Source: Candidatus Hydrogenedentota bacterium (GTDB lineage Bacteria; Hydrogenedentota; Hydrogenedentia; Hydrogenedentales; SLHB01). From it: a DNA stretch of 64,000 nt. Shown here piece after piece: positions 1 to 9,582 of the stretch. Below the pieces are notes generated by a model. It did not search any database. It had not been told where the DNA came from and saw only the letters and a list, made by a program, of their open reading frames with translations. Numbering within the stretch: position 1 is the first letter of the stretch; each line of letters opens with the position of its first letter. The DNA is taken from positions 168,154 to 232,153 of the forward strand of contig BTWA01000005.1 of assembly GCA_045863295.1 (NCBI GenBank). Reading direction: 5' to 3'. Both the position numbers and the translations under genes were made by a program.

Positions 1-1
1 C

Positions 2-247
2 GTTGCACGGGGCGTGGTGGGTGTGGGAATCGCCAAATGTGGAATTGAGTTCGACACTCTGGATAACGAGCCAGTCCGGATTATCGTATTGTTCGCCATG
101 CCCAGCGGTTCTCACCGGGAATACTTGACACTGCTGGCCAGTGTCATGACGGTAATGAAAGAAGCCGAGTTCCGGGATCAACTAATCGCCTGCGACACGC
201 CGGAAGATATATCTGCCGTGCTCAACGGCGCGTCCAGCCATTTGTAG
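2..247 (+). CDS. PTS EIIA (PtsN/fructose-mannitol type) domain protein, 3' fragment
   Basis: Frame open from the window edge; GIEFDTLDNEPVRIIVLFAMP...HREYLTLLAS...FRDQLIAC matches the EIIA-2 C-terminal half. Confidence 0.8.
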   Translation, partial: VARGVVGVGIAKCGIEFDTLDNEPVRIIVLFAMPSGSHREYLTLLASVMTVMKEAEFRDQLIACDTPEDISAVLNGASSHL

Positions 248-329
248 CTTTCTTTTCCACTAAAACTTTCCGTTTGCACGTTTCAATCCCGCATTTTCGT
301 GGTAAAATCCAGTGGGGGAGATTTCGTGT

Positions 330-1238
330 ATGAAACTCTCGCATATCCTTCGACCCGACTGGGTTGTGACGGGTCTTGCCGCCCGCACCTTGCCGGATGC
401 CATTCAAGAAACACTCACTAAGGCAAGCCGCTTTTCCCCCGCGATGGACATTGCGGCCATCGTACGCGCTGTTCAACTTCGCGAGCAGCAAGGCAGCACC
501 GCCGTAGGACGCGGCATTGCGATTCCGCACGCGCGCATAGCCGGTCTCACGGAGTACTACGTCCTTTTGGGAGTGCCCCAAGAGGCTCTCGCCGAAGTGG
601 GGCAAGACGGTACCGCCATTGATCTCGTGTTCATTCTTTTGGGTAACAGCCATCACAGCGAATTCATGCTTCAATCCCTGGCACTTATCGCGGAGATATC
701 CAAAGACAATACGATGATGGCCGCGATTCGTGGCGCGCCAAGTGGCCGGGAGATATGGGCTGCGATTGACCAGTTTCCACTTCATTTAAAGCAGGGCGTA
801 TTTGCGGCGGATGTGATGGAACGTTGCGCGGTGGTTGTCCAGGAAGACACCGTCATGGGCACTATGCTGGATCAAATGGCAAAGGAGCGGGTTGACGAAG
901 CAGCCGTTTGCACTACGACAGGCCGATTGATCGGTGAGGTGACATCGCGCGAGATCATCGCGGCCATATTTCCTGACTGTATGCTGCGCATGCCGGGGGG
1001 GATTGGCTTTATGAGTGGCTTTGAGCCATTCAACCAATTTTTTCAACGAGAACGGCACATGAAGGTGAAGGATGTCATGAACCGGGCTCCTCTTGTGGTC
1101 AGTGCGGACGATGCGCTCTCGCAGGTAGTTTTTCGTATGCACAGCGAGGGTGTGGCATTGGCGTGGGTGCTATCCGATTTGCAGCTGACAGGTCTGGTCA
1201 GGCGTAACAGCATCATGATGCGTGTGTTGAGGACATGA
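330..1238 (+). CDS. PTS EIIA domain fused to a tandem CBS pair
   Basis: REQQGSTAVGRGIAIPHARI (EIIA phospho-His motif); C-terminal AADVM...GRLIGEVT...VKDVMNRAPLVVSADD...GLVRR (CBS pair); GGGGAG RBS before ATG 330. Confidence 0.85.
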   Translation: MKLSHILRPDWVVTGLAARTLPDAIQETLTKASRFSPAMDIAAIVRAVQLREQQGSTAVGRGIAIPHARIAGLTEYYVLLGVPQEALAEVGQDGTAIDLVFILLGNSHHSEFMLQSLALIAEISKDNTMMAAIRGAPSGREIWAAIDQFPLHLKQGVFAADVMERCAVVVQEDTVMGTMLDQMAKERVDEAAVCTTTGRLIGEVTSREIIAAIFPDCMLRMPGGIGFMSGFEPFNQFFQRERHMKVKDVMNRAPLVVSADDALSQVVFRMHSEGVALAWVLSDLQLTGLVRRNSIMMRVLRT

Positions 1239-2554
1239 TGGAAGCGAAAGGCTACATGGCTGTTGCCGTGTTCGCAGTCACCTATGCGTTTGTTTTTTCT
1301 GGACGCGTGGACAAGACAATCGCTGTTATCACGGGTGCCACGGTTATGATTCTGACCGGCTTAATCCGGCAGGGCGACGCATTTCGATCGATAGACCTGA
1401 ACGTCATTTTCCTTCTGATTGGCATGATGATCATCACCCATTACCTCGCCAAGAGTGGATTTTTCGGGTACCTCGCAGTCCGAATTGCGCAGTGGGCGCG
1501 GGGATATCCGGCAGCGCTGGTTGCGCTGATGTGCGCCGCCACGGGCGTTTTGTCGTCCTTGGTTGACAACGTAACCACCGTACTGCTGGTGGCCCCCGTG
1601 ACCTTTATTATCGCGCAACAGCTAGAGATTAATCCTGTGCCTTTTCTCGTCTTTGAAGTATTGGCGGCCAATATCGGAGGCACGGCTACACTGATTGGCG
1701 ATCCCCCGAATATTCTCATTGGCAGTCGAGCAGGCCTCACGTTCAACGAGTTTCTTTGGCACCTGGCGCCTATCACATTCGCGTGCCTCGCCGGTTTGAT
1801 TGGCATGGCCGTATTTGTCATCGCGAAGGCTGGCCACGTTCCCCGGGCTCTGAGGCTTCGTGTAATGGAGATGCGGCCGGAAAAGGCCATCACGGATAAG
1901 GTAACGTTGGTCAAAAGTTTGACAGTGCTGGCGTTGGTGCTGGCCGCATTCCTGCTGCATGATGTGGCCGGATTTGAGCCGGCAACCGTTGCGTTGGCCG
2001 GATCCGCCATCTTGATCTTGATTACGGATGGCAATCCCACTAAGGCCTTCGAGGCCGTAGAGTGGCCTACCCTGTTTTTTCTCATGGGACTATTCGTACT
2101 GGTCAGCGGATTGGATGCGAATGGCGTGCTTCAATGGGCGGCAGGCGAAGTTATGGGAGTCACGCAAGGCAGTTTGTGGGTAACGGCCCTTATACTGATA
2201 TGGTTTTCGGCAGTACTTTCGTCCTTGATCGGAAACATTCCCTTGGTGGCGACCATGATTCCCATCGTACACGCCATGGTTCCTGTGCTGTCGAGTCAAC
2301 CGGGTGCCGACGCGAAAGCGGTGTCATTCGCGCTGTGGTGGTCTCTTGCCTTGGGGGCCTGTTTCGGCGGGAATGGCAGCGTGTTTGGTGCCGCCGCAAA
2401 TGTGGTGGTACTTGAGATTGCCGATCGAAGCGGTACCCCCATATCAATGGGTACCTTTTCCCGATACAGTATTCCGGTAACGATTGCCACGTTGGCGGCC
2501 TCTTCCGCGTACGTCGTGTTGCGATACGTTGCGGGAGCAGGGCAAGCTCTATAG
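1235..2554 (+). CDS. ArsB/NhaD (IT superfamily) ion transporter
   Basis: Very hydrophobic; LVDNVTTVL, AANIGGTATLIGDPPNILI and LGACFGGNGSVFGAAANVV motifs; ATGA overlap with the upstream gene. Confidence 0.9.
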   Translation: MMEAKGYMAVAVFAVTYAFVFSGRVDKTIAVITGATVMILTGLIRQGDAFRSIDLNVIFLLIGMMIITHYLAKSGFFGYLAVRIAQWARGYPAALVALMCAATGVLSSLVDNVTTVLLVAPVTFIIAQQLEINPVPFLVFEVLAANIGGTATLIGDPPNILIGSRAGLTFNEFLWHLAPITFACLAGLIGMAVFVIAKAGHVPRALRLRVMEMRPEKAITDKVTLVKSLTVLALVLAAFLLHDVAGFEPATVALAGSAILILITDGNPTKAFEAVEWPTLFFLMGLFVLVSGLDANGVLQWAAGEVMGVTQGSLWVTALILIWFSAVLSSLIGNIPLVATMIPIVHAMVPVLSSQPGADAKAVSFALWWSLALGACFGGNGSVFGAAANVVVLEIADRSGTPISMGTFSRYSIPVTIATLAASSAYVVLRYVAGAGQAL

Positions 2555-4045
2555 GACTCGGCTAAGCGCGTGCGCTTCGATTTCGCGATAACCCCAGCCA
2601 AAATTGCGAAGAAAAGTCGAGAACGCATCCCGCTCCGCAGCGGACTCGAACTCAAACCCAAGGAGGGCGTGTCCTACCTGTTCGCCTGTAAATGCATAGT
2701 TGAAGTAGCAGATGTTTGCTTTCCCGCTCGCATTGCGCAAAAAATCTCGTAGCGCGCCCGCGCGCTCGGGAAACTCCAGCGTAATGAATAAAGGCTTGCA
2801 GAACAGTGCCGGCTCATAATGCACCATACGAAACTCGACGTCCGTTTGCGATGTTACATCCTCACAGGGAATCCCGTGAATTGCCAACTTCGCGAGAGCG
2901 TTGTTGGCCGCATCCGGGGGCGCCTCAATCCCTATTACGGGGAAGGCCTTCTCCGCGTGGATCTTACCGTACTGAAATTCGATGATGTTGACCTCATCCA
3001 AGTCTTTTTCAAGCACCTCAAGCAACGAGCCACGCGCCTCCGATAGTTCAAGCCGCAGGTATCGCCGGGTTGCCATACCGATGCCCGCGTGCCGTGCGAT
3101 CCACGCCAACTGGCCGAAATCCAGATTGGCCCCGCACAACACGGAAAGCACCCGTTTTCCCTCCAACCGGTCACGGTGTTTCAGCACGCCCGCGAGTCCC
3201 ATGGCGCCGGAAGGTTCGGGTATTACCCGTTTAGACTCCCAGAGCGTCTGAATCGCCGCGCAGACTTCCTCATTGGTGACGGTAATGAATTCATCGATCA
3301 ATTCGGCGCACATTGGATACGTTAGATCACCGGCTCGCTTGACCGCAGTCCCATCGCAGAATACGTCGACATGGTCAAGTGTAATCGGGCGGCCTGCGCT
3401 CACGGCCGCCGCCATGCTGGCCTGGTCTACGCCTTCCACGCCCACGATTCGGATACCGGGGTAATAGGCTTTCAGCCAACACGCCACGGAGGCGGCCATG
3501 CCTCCTCCGCCAATCTGCAGATAGGCTGCGTCTATTGGCCCAGCCGCCATGACCACTTCGTCGGCCAGCGTGCCCTGTCCTCCCATAACCGCCCAGTCGT
3601 CATAGGGATGGATGTAGGCAAGGCCAGTGTTGTCAGCCAGCGCACGAGCTTCCAGTGCGGCGTCGTCATACGTATCCCCGGTCAAGACTACGCTTACCGC
3701 GTCGCCTCCGTGGCGGATGACGGCGACTTGTTTCATTTTTGGAGTGGATACGGGCATGAAAATATGGGCGTGAATACCCAGTTTGCGTGCGGCGAGGGCC
3801 ACGCCTTGGGCATGGTTGCCGGCGGACGCGCAGACAACGCCTTCGCGGATGGCCGGTTCGGGAAGCGTTGCCATGGCGTTGTATGCGCCACGCCACTTAT
3901 AGGCATGGATTGGGGAGAGGTCCTCCCTTTTAAGCAGAACTTCCGTTGGAAACGGCAATTCGATTCGTTGCAACGGCGTGGGATCGGACACTGCGTACAC
4001 GCGCTGGCGGGCCATCAGAATCTCGTTAAACAAGCGCTGGCGCAT
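2549..4045 (-). CDS. ilvA: Threonine ammonia-lyase, biosynthetic
   Basis: [19 protein letters not shown] (PLP Lys), [18 protein letters not shown]-terminal ACT-like FPERAGAL; start placed at ATG 4045 after a purine-rich RBS. Confidence 0.93.
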   Translation of the reverse strand: MRQRLFNEILMARQRVYAVSDPTPLQRIELPFPTEVLLKREDLSPIHAYKWRGAYNAMATLPEPAIREGVVCASAGNHAQGVALAARKLGIHAHIFMPVSTPKMKQVAVIRHGGDAVSVVLTGDTYDDAALEARALADNTGLAYIHPYDDWAVMGGQGTLADEVVMAAGPIDAAYLQIGGGGMAASVACWLKAYYPGIRIVGVEGVDQASMAAAVSAGRPITLDHVDVFCDGTAVKRAGDLTYPMCAELIDEFITVTNEEVCAAIQTLWESKRVIPEPSGAMGLAGVLKHRDRLEGKRVLSVLCGANLDFGQLAWIARHAGIGMATRRYLRLELSEARGSLLEVLEKDLDEVNIIEFQYGKIHAEKAFPVIGIEAPPDAANNALAKLAIHGIPCEDVTSQTDVEFRMVHYEPALFCKPLFITLEFPERAGALRDFLRNASGKANICYFNYAFTGEQVGHALLGFEFESAAERDAFSTFLRNFGWGYREIEAHALSRVL

Positions 4046-4177
4046 GGCCTTTCCTCTTTCCCCTACGGTTCCTGTTACCGTACCTGAACGTATGCGTACA
4101 GGGAAAGTCCGGATAGGGGAGGATGGATTCACGCACGATCATTTGATACAACGGTTCCAACTGGAAAGGTGTTCACA

Positions 4178-5356
4178 ATGATTAAGCGAATCGCATCGGT
4201 GATGATAGTGGTTTCCATGAGTGCCTCGGCCCAGGAATGGGTGGACTTCACGCCTTCAACCGGTTTGGCGGGTTGGACCGTGTTTGAAGGCGCATGGAAG
4301 AGCGAAGAAGGCGAGTTTACGGGCCAAGCGGAAAGCGGAAACGAGGCCGCCATCGTGTTTGACCGCGAATTTGCCGATTTCGAATGGGAAATGGAGATAC
4401 TCGCACCTGCCGCGGGTGCAGCCGAGATCGTGTTTCGCGGGCATCGATTGCCGATTTTGCCCGTGGTTCAGCCTTCTGAAGGGGAGGTGCCCATGGGAGT
4501 CTATGGGTATAGCATTGGTGTGACAGCGGAAGAGGATGCCGTTTCGATTGCATTTGTAGACAGGCTGCGCAAAGGAGAGTTGGTCAAGGCGAGAAAGGCG
4601 GCTATCGCTGAGTTCAAATCCGGAGAATGGAATCGCGTGGCGATTTCCGCGCAGGGGGAGAGCATCGCGGTAACCATAAACGGAACGCCCGCGCTCAGCG
4701 GCGAGAGTTCAACCTACTCCAAGGGCATTCTTGCCTTAACCACGTCTTCAGAGATTCGAGTGCGAGGGATGCGGGTTAAGGATAAGGATCGCGTTGGGGA
4801 GTGGCAACCGCTTTTCAACGGCCAGAATTTCGACGGTTGGCAGGTTTGGGGCACTGAGGAATGGGTCGTTGAGAACAGTGAGATCATAGGCCGAAGCGGC
4901 CCTGCAAAATCTGAAGGGTATCTATCCACGTTGCAGACGTGGAAAGATTTCCATGTGCGCGGATCGTTTAAAACGCTTGGAGAAGGCAACTACGGGCTCT
5001 TTTTTCATTCGACTATTGCGTACGACGACAAGAACTATCCTGTGATCACGGGGATCCAAGGAGAGGTCGAGCCGGGATACCCGGGATCGAGCGGTTGGCT
5101 GTACGAGAGCTACAAGCGCGGCTGGCTGGTGGAGCCCGACAAGGCGACCCTGCCTGCCTACGCCTTGCGCGTGGGGGAGTGGAATGAAATTGAAATCATG
5201 AGTAAGGGAAACCGCATGGTCACATGGGTTAACGGTGTAAACGTCATGGATTGGCGCGACCCTGCGCCGAATGTCGTTGAAGGATCGTTTGCGCTTCAAC
5301 TTCACGCGGGAGGAGTGGACGGTATCATGTGGAAAGACATTTACGTCAAGAAGTGA
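4178..5356 (+). CDS. Exported tandem DUF1080 (3-keto-disaccharide hydrolase-like) protein
   Basis: Signal peptide; WQPLFNGQNFDGW, GEWNEIEI, GSFALQLHAG, WKDIYVK; the domain occurs twice. Confidence 0.85.
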   Translation: MIKRIASVMIVVSMSASAQEWVDFTPSTGLAGWTVFEGAWKSEEGEFTGQAESGNEAAIVFDREFADFEWEMEILAPAAGAAEIVFRGHRLPILPVVQPSEGEVPMGVYGYSIGVTAEEDAVSIAFVDRLRKGELVKARKAAIAEFKSGEWNRVAISAQGESIAVTINGTPALSGESSTYSKGILALTTSSEIRVRGMRVKDKDRVGEWQPLFNGQNFDGWQVWGTEEWVVENSEIIGRSGPAKSEGYLSTLQTWKDFHVRGSFKTLGEGNYGLFFHSTIAYDDKNYPVITGIQGEVEPGYPGSSGWLYESYKRGWLVEPDKATLPAYALRVGEWNEIEIMSKGNRMVTWVNGVNVMDWRDPAPNVVEGSFALQLHAGGVDGIMWKDIYVKK

Positions 5357-5423
5357 GTCAAAACATGACATGCCGATCCCTGGATCAGGCACCGCAAATG
5401 CGATTGACGCAAGGAGTCTTGGC

Positions 5424-6782
5424 GTGGAAATCAGAAAGTTGCTTTTTCTGTTTTTGGCTGTCGCCGCACCTCAGGCGTTCGGTGAAATGAAAACCGGTGT
5501 TGGCATCTCTGTGATTACCCCGCACGAAGATATGTGGATGTCGGGATACGCGTCTCGTAAAGAACCATCGTCAGGGAAAATCCACGACCTTTATGGAAAG
5601 GCGCTGGCCATTGACGATGGCGCGGGCAGCCGAGTGGTTGTTGTCACCACGGACCTGATTGGGTTGCCATCGGCCATTTCGGACCGGGTGGCGGAGGCCG
5701 CGAAGGCCAAGCACGGGATCGAGCGATCGGGTCTGATGCTTACGTCATCCCATACGCATTGCGGCCCCGTTGTGCGTGGAAACCTGATGAGCATGTACGC
5801 CCTGGACGAGGTTCAAGGCAAGAAGGTCGCCTTGTACGCGGAATTTCTCGTTGAGGCGTTGAACAAGGCCGTGGATGAGGCAATCGCAAACCTACGGCCG
5901 GGCGAGTTGCACTGGGGGCACGGCCATGCGACTTTCGCGAAAAACCGGCGCCAGTACACGGTGGGCGGGCTTGTGAACGGCATCAACCCTATCGGCCCTG
6001 TGGACCATGATGTGCCCTTACTGGTGGCACGCAATGGAGATGGTTCAATTAAGGCCGTATTGTTTGGGTATGCCTGTCACAACACCACGCTGAGTTTCCA
6101 ACAAATCTGCGGCGACTACGCTGGTTTCGCGCAGGCCTACATACAGGAGAATATACCGGGCGCAACGGCACTGTTTGCCATGGGGTGCGGCGCTGACGCA
6201 AACCCGCAGCCGCGAGGCAAACTCGAATTGGCACAACAGCACGGAACTGAATTGGGTAAAGCTGTCTTGGAAGGTTTGGAAGGTGAACTGAAATCGATTT
6301 CCGGTCCGATACACGCCGCGTTTGAGGAAACAGCATTGCCGCTGACGCCTCCCCCCACGCGCGAAGAAGTCGAGGCGCAGCTCAACGACAAAGACGTTTA
6401 CATTCAGCGACGGGCCCAATGGTTGTTGGAATCCATCGACCGCGATGGACCGCTCAAGGCCAGCTATCCTTGCCCGGTACAAGTGTGGCGTTTTGGAAAC
6501 GACTTGCAGATAACTGCCCTTGGCGGTGAGGTCGTAGTCGATTATGCTCTTCGCATCAAGTATGAATTGGGCCAGGACAATCAGTTTGTAGTCGCGTATG
6601 CAAACGACGTATTCGCTTATGTGCCTTCGCTGCGTATCCTGCGCGAGGGCGGCTACGAGGGCGACACATCGATGATTTACTATGGATTGTACGGTCCCTG
6701 GGCTCCGGAAGTGGAAGATACCTTGCTCGATGCCGTCAGGCGATTGACAAAGCAGACGGGTGGGAAACTGTTGGAACAATGA
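5424..6782 (+). CDS. Exported neutral/alkaline ceramidase-fold hydrolase
   Basis: MSGYASR, HDLYGKAL, SHTHCGP, GYACHNT, GCGADANP, GGEVVVDY, EGGYE; AAGGAG RBS before GTG 5424. Confidence 0.8.
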   Translation: MEIRKLLFLFLAVAAPQAFGEMKTGVGISVITPHEDMWMSGYASRKEPSSGKIHDLYGKALAIDDGAGSRVVVVTTDLIGLPSAISDRVAEAAKAKHGIERSGLMLTSSHTHCGPVVRGNLMSMYALDEVQGKKVALYAEFLVEALNKAVDEAIANLRPGELHWGHGHATFAKNRRQYTVGGLVNGINPIGPVDHDVPLLVARNGDGSIKAVLFGYACHNTTLSFQQICGDYAGFAQAYIQENIPGATALFAMGCGADANPQPRGKLELAQQHGTELGKAVLEGLEGELKSISGPIHAAFEETALPLTPPPTREEVEAQLNDKDVYIQRRAQWLLESIDRDGPLKASYPCPVQVWRFGNDLQITALGGEVVVDYALRIKYELGQDNQFVVAYANDVFAYVPSLRILREGGYEGDTSMIYYGLYGPWAPEVEDTLLDAVRRLTKQTGGKLLEQ

Positions 6783-6830
6783 CTTATCGAATTCCGGTTC
6801 GAAGTTCGATGCGTGACAGGGAGACGTCAA

Positions 6831-8201
6831 ATGCATAGGGCACTTGCTGTGACGGCGTTGGCCGTCTGGATGGCCTCAGCGTCTGCCCAATCGACGATTT
6901 CTGTGGCCTATTTCGAAATCGATGTGACGCCGCCGATTGGCACCCCTTTGTGTGGCGGGTCAGTCAAGCCCGCCATGGCAATAGATGATCCGTTGAGCGC
7001 GCGCGGCCTTGTCTTACTGCCGAAGAATCAGGCGGCCATAGTCTTGTGTGCGGTAGATTGGGTCGGGATTGCCAACGCAAGCTACGACGATTGGCGTGGA
7101 GCGCTGGCCTCGGCGGCGGACACAACTCCGGAGCGGGTAGCCGTGCACACCCTTCACCAACACGATGCGCCGTTCGTCGATCAATCCACCGAGGAACTGA
7201 TCGCGGCTTATGGTCTCGGCGGGCAGATGTACGATGTGGCGGCGGCGTCTGACTCTATTCAGCGCGCGGCCAAAGCCGTGTCCGACGCTGTTCTCGCGGC
7301 CGTTCCAGTAACCCATGTGAGCACAGGTAAAGCAGTGGTGGACCGAGTTGCATCGAATCGCCGAATCCTTGGCGAGGACGGCCGGGTGGAGCATGTGCGC
7401 TGGACTGCGACGGCCGACTCCAAAGTGAGAGCCTTTGGTGTGGGCACGATTGACCCTTACGTGCGTTGCATTGGCCTATGGAACGAAGGCGCACCCGTTG
7501 CCGCTTTGACCTACTATGCCACACACCCGCAGAGCAACTATGGTAGGGGGCGTGTAAGCGCGGATTTTGTGGGAATGGCGCGAAGCATGTTGGAACACGA
7601 ATTGCCCGGTGTCAAGGTGGTTCACTTTAATGGCGCCGGTGGAAATGTCGGCGCGGGAAAATACAACAACGGTGCCATCGAAAACCGGACTGTCTTGGCG
7701 GAGCGGCTGTTTGAAGGCATGCGGCTCGCGTGGGAGTTCGGCGAACGAACGCCCGTATCCGCAGCCGATGTGACATGGCTTGTCCACTCAGTCGCGCTTC
7801 CTCTTCGCGACGATGTGGACGAGAATCATGAGCGGGTACGATTGGCGGACGAAGCCCTGAAACCCGGTGAACGGGAGCAAGCCGCACACGAAATTGTCTG
7901 GATGGAACGTGTAAGGCAGGGACACAAGATCGATCTGAGCCTGCTAAACATAGGCCCCGCATCAATTCTGCATATGCCGGGCGAACTTTTTGTCGAGTAT
8001 CAATTGGCCGCGCAAGCGATGCGACCCGAGGGGTTTGTAGCCATGGCTTCCTATGGTGAATATGGGCCCGGCTACATTGGCACGCGCATAGCGTACACTC
8101 AAGGTGGGTACGAAGACGCTGTATATGTATCCCGTACCGCGCCCAAGGTGGAGGTTGTCTTGCTTGAAGGAATGCGGGCTCTTTTAGAGCAGTCTCGATA
8201 A
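6831..8201 (+). CDS. Exported ceramidase-fold-like hypothetical hydrolase
   Basis: DVTPPIG, DDPLSARGL, HTLHQHDAP, YYATHPQS, GAGGNV, PGELFVEYQ, GGYE parallel the upstream gene. Confidence 0.65.
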   Translation: MHRALAVTALAVWMASASAQSTISVAYFEIDVTPPIGTPLCGGSVKPAMAIDDPLSARGLVLLPKNQAAIVLCAVDWVGIANASYDDWRGALASAADTTPERVAVHTLHQHDAPFVDQSTEELIAAYGLGGQMYDVAAASDSIQRAAKAVSDAVLAAVPVTHVSTGKAVVDRVASNRRILGEDGRVEHVRWTATADSKVRAFGVGTIDPYVRCIGLWNEGAPVAALTYYATHPQSNYGRGRVSADFVGMARSMLEHELPGVKVVHFNGAGGNVGAGKYNNGAIENRTVLAERLFEGMRLAWEFGERTPVSAADVTWLVHSVALPLRDDVDENHERVRLADEALKPGEREQAAHEIVWMERVRQGHKIDLSLLNIGPASILHMPGELFVEYQLAAQAMRPEGFVAMASYGEYGPGYIGTRIAYTQGGYEDAVYVSRTAPKVEVVLLEGMRALLEQSR

Positions 8202-8280
8202 CAGCAAACAGTTTAAATTTGTACCTGCACGGTATACTCTTGTGACCATCAAGGGCAGCACAACATAGGAGGATCGCGCG

Positions 8281-8430
8281 ATGCCGATGCTGAGGCGCAG
8301 TACCGTTCGCAGTGTTGGGGGCAGCATATTTGCGATTGTAGTTCTGGTGATTGGCGTGGCCATTGCAGCAGCGCTGTTAGGGATTAACATTCCGGGATTG
8401 AACATCATTTCCAGTGCGCTTGGGTTTTGA
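8281..8430 (+). CDS. 49-aa small membrane protein (absent from the ORF track)
   Basis: AGGAGG RBS then ATG; MPMLRRSTVRSVGGSIFAIVVLVIGVAIAAALLGINIPGLNIISSALGF*; stop lies 2 nt before the next ATG. Confidence 0.7.
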   Translation: MPMLRRSTVRSVGGSIFAIVVLVIGVAIAAALLGINIPGLNIISSALGF

Positions 8431-8432
8431 GT

Positions 8433-9554
8433 ATGCGTATTGAACACTTTGTATTTGCTACTTGCGCATGTCTGTGCATCGGACCGGCAGTTGCGGCGGA
8501 CCCGGCACCGGCAGAGAATTTTTCAGTCGTACCGGTCATGCGTGAACGGTTCGACGCATTGGGCCGCTCTCTCCGGTTCTGGGGTGGTGGCCCCGACGAG
8601 TTTGACGCCTGGTCTCGTGTAGCGCGGCCGATGCTTGAGTGGACTATTGGCCTGGACACTATGAAGACATGCGCACTGAACCCGGCCGTGTCTGAGCGGG
8701 TTGACGCGGGTGACCATTGGCGCGAACGCGTGGTAATCCAGGTGGAGCCCGGCTTACACATGCCCGTCTTCGTGCTTATTCCAAAGTCCGGCGATGCTCC
8801 TTTTCCCGTCGTCATTGCACCGCACGGCCATGGGGGGGGCGGCAAAACGGCTGTTGCAGGAGTGGCTAGCACGCCCGAAGTGGGCAAGGCCATTGAGAGC
8901 TTTAACTACGACTACGGTTTGGATTTTGTGCGGGCCGGGTTCATCGTGTTTTGCCCGGATGCCCGTGGATTTGGAGAGCGCCAAGAGGACATCGTGAAGG
9001 GAGATCCCATTCGCCATTCCTGCCAGTGGATCAATAATATGGCGATGCCATTGGGGCAAACAGTCACGGGCATGTGGGTGTGGGATCTAAAGCGGCTTGC
9101 GGATTATGTGGAGACGCGGCCGGATTGCGATTCAAGACGAATTGGATGTGCCGGGCTTAGCGGAGGCGGCCTGCAAACGTTGTGGTTCACGGCTCTGGAC
9201 GAACGTGTGAAAGCCGCCGTCGTGAGCGGGTACTTTTATGGCGTGCGAGAATCTCTGTTGGATATGCACCAGAATTGTTCCTGCAACTACGTCCCGCATT
9301 TGTGGGAAATCGCGGACCACGGGGACTTGGGTTCGCTCATTGCACCGAGGCCGTTAATGATTCAGACGGGCGACGAAGATTCCCTAAACGGAGCGAGCAA
9401 TCTGGACAACGTCCGGCCGCAAGTTGCGATCGCGCTGGAAGGCTACAAGTCTTTCAACGGGGAGGGCGCGCTGGTTCACGACATTTTTCACGGACCTCAC
9501 CGTTGGGATTCTACCAACAGCGTGCCGTTTCTGGTGAAGGCATTGCAGCCGTAA
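8433..9554 (+). CDS. Exported alpha/beta hydrolase (dienelactone hydrolase / acetylxylan esterase-like)
   Basis: PHGHGGG, DARGFGER, nucleophile elbow GLSGGG, LIAPRPL, GPH; signal peptide. Confidence 0.85.
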   Translation: MRIEHFVFATCACLCIGPAVAADPAPAENFSVVPVMRERFDALGRSLRFWGGGPDEFDAWSRVARPMLEWTIGLDTMKTCALNPAVSERVDAGDHWRERVVIQVEPGLHMPVFVLIPKSGDAPFPVVIAPHGHGGGGKTAVAGVASTPEVGKAIESFNYDYGLDFVRAGFIVFCPDARGFGERQEDIVKGDPIRHSCQWINNMAMPLGQTVTGMWVWDLKRLADYVETRPDCDSRRIGCAGLSGGGLQTLWFTALDERVKAAVVSGYFYGVRESLLDMHQNCSCNYVPHLWEIADHGDLGSLIAPRPLMIQTGDEDSLNGASNLDNVRPQVAIALEGYKSFNGEGALVHDIFHGPHRWDSTNSVPFLVKALQP

Positions 9555-9582
9555 TCGGGCTTGGGACTGGCGCGGGATCTTC

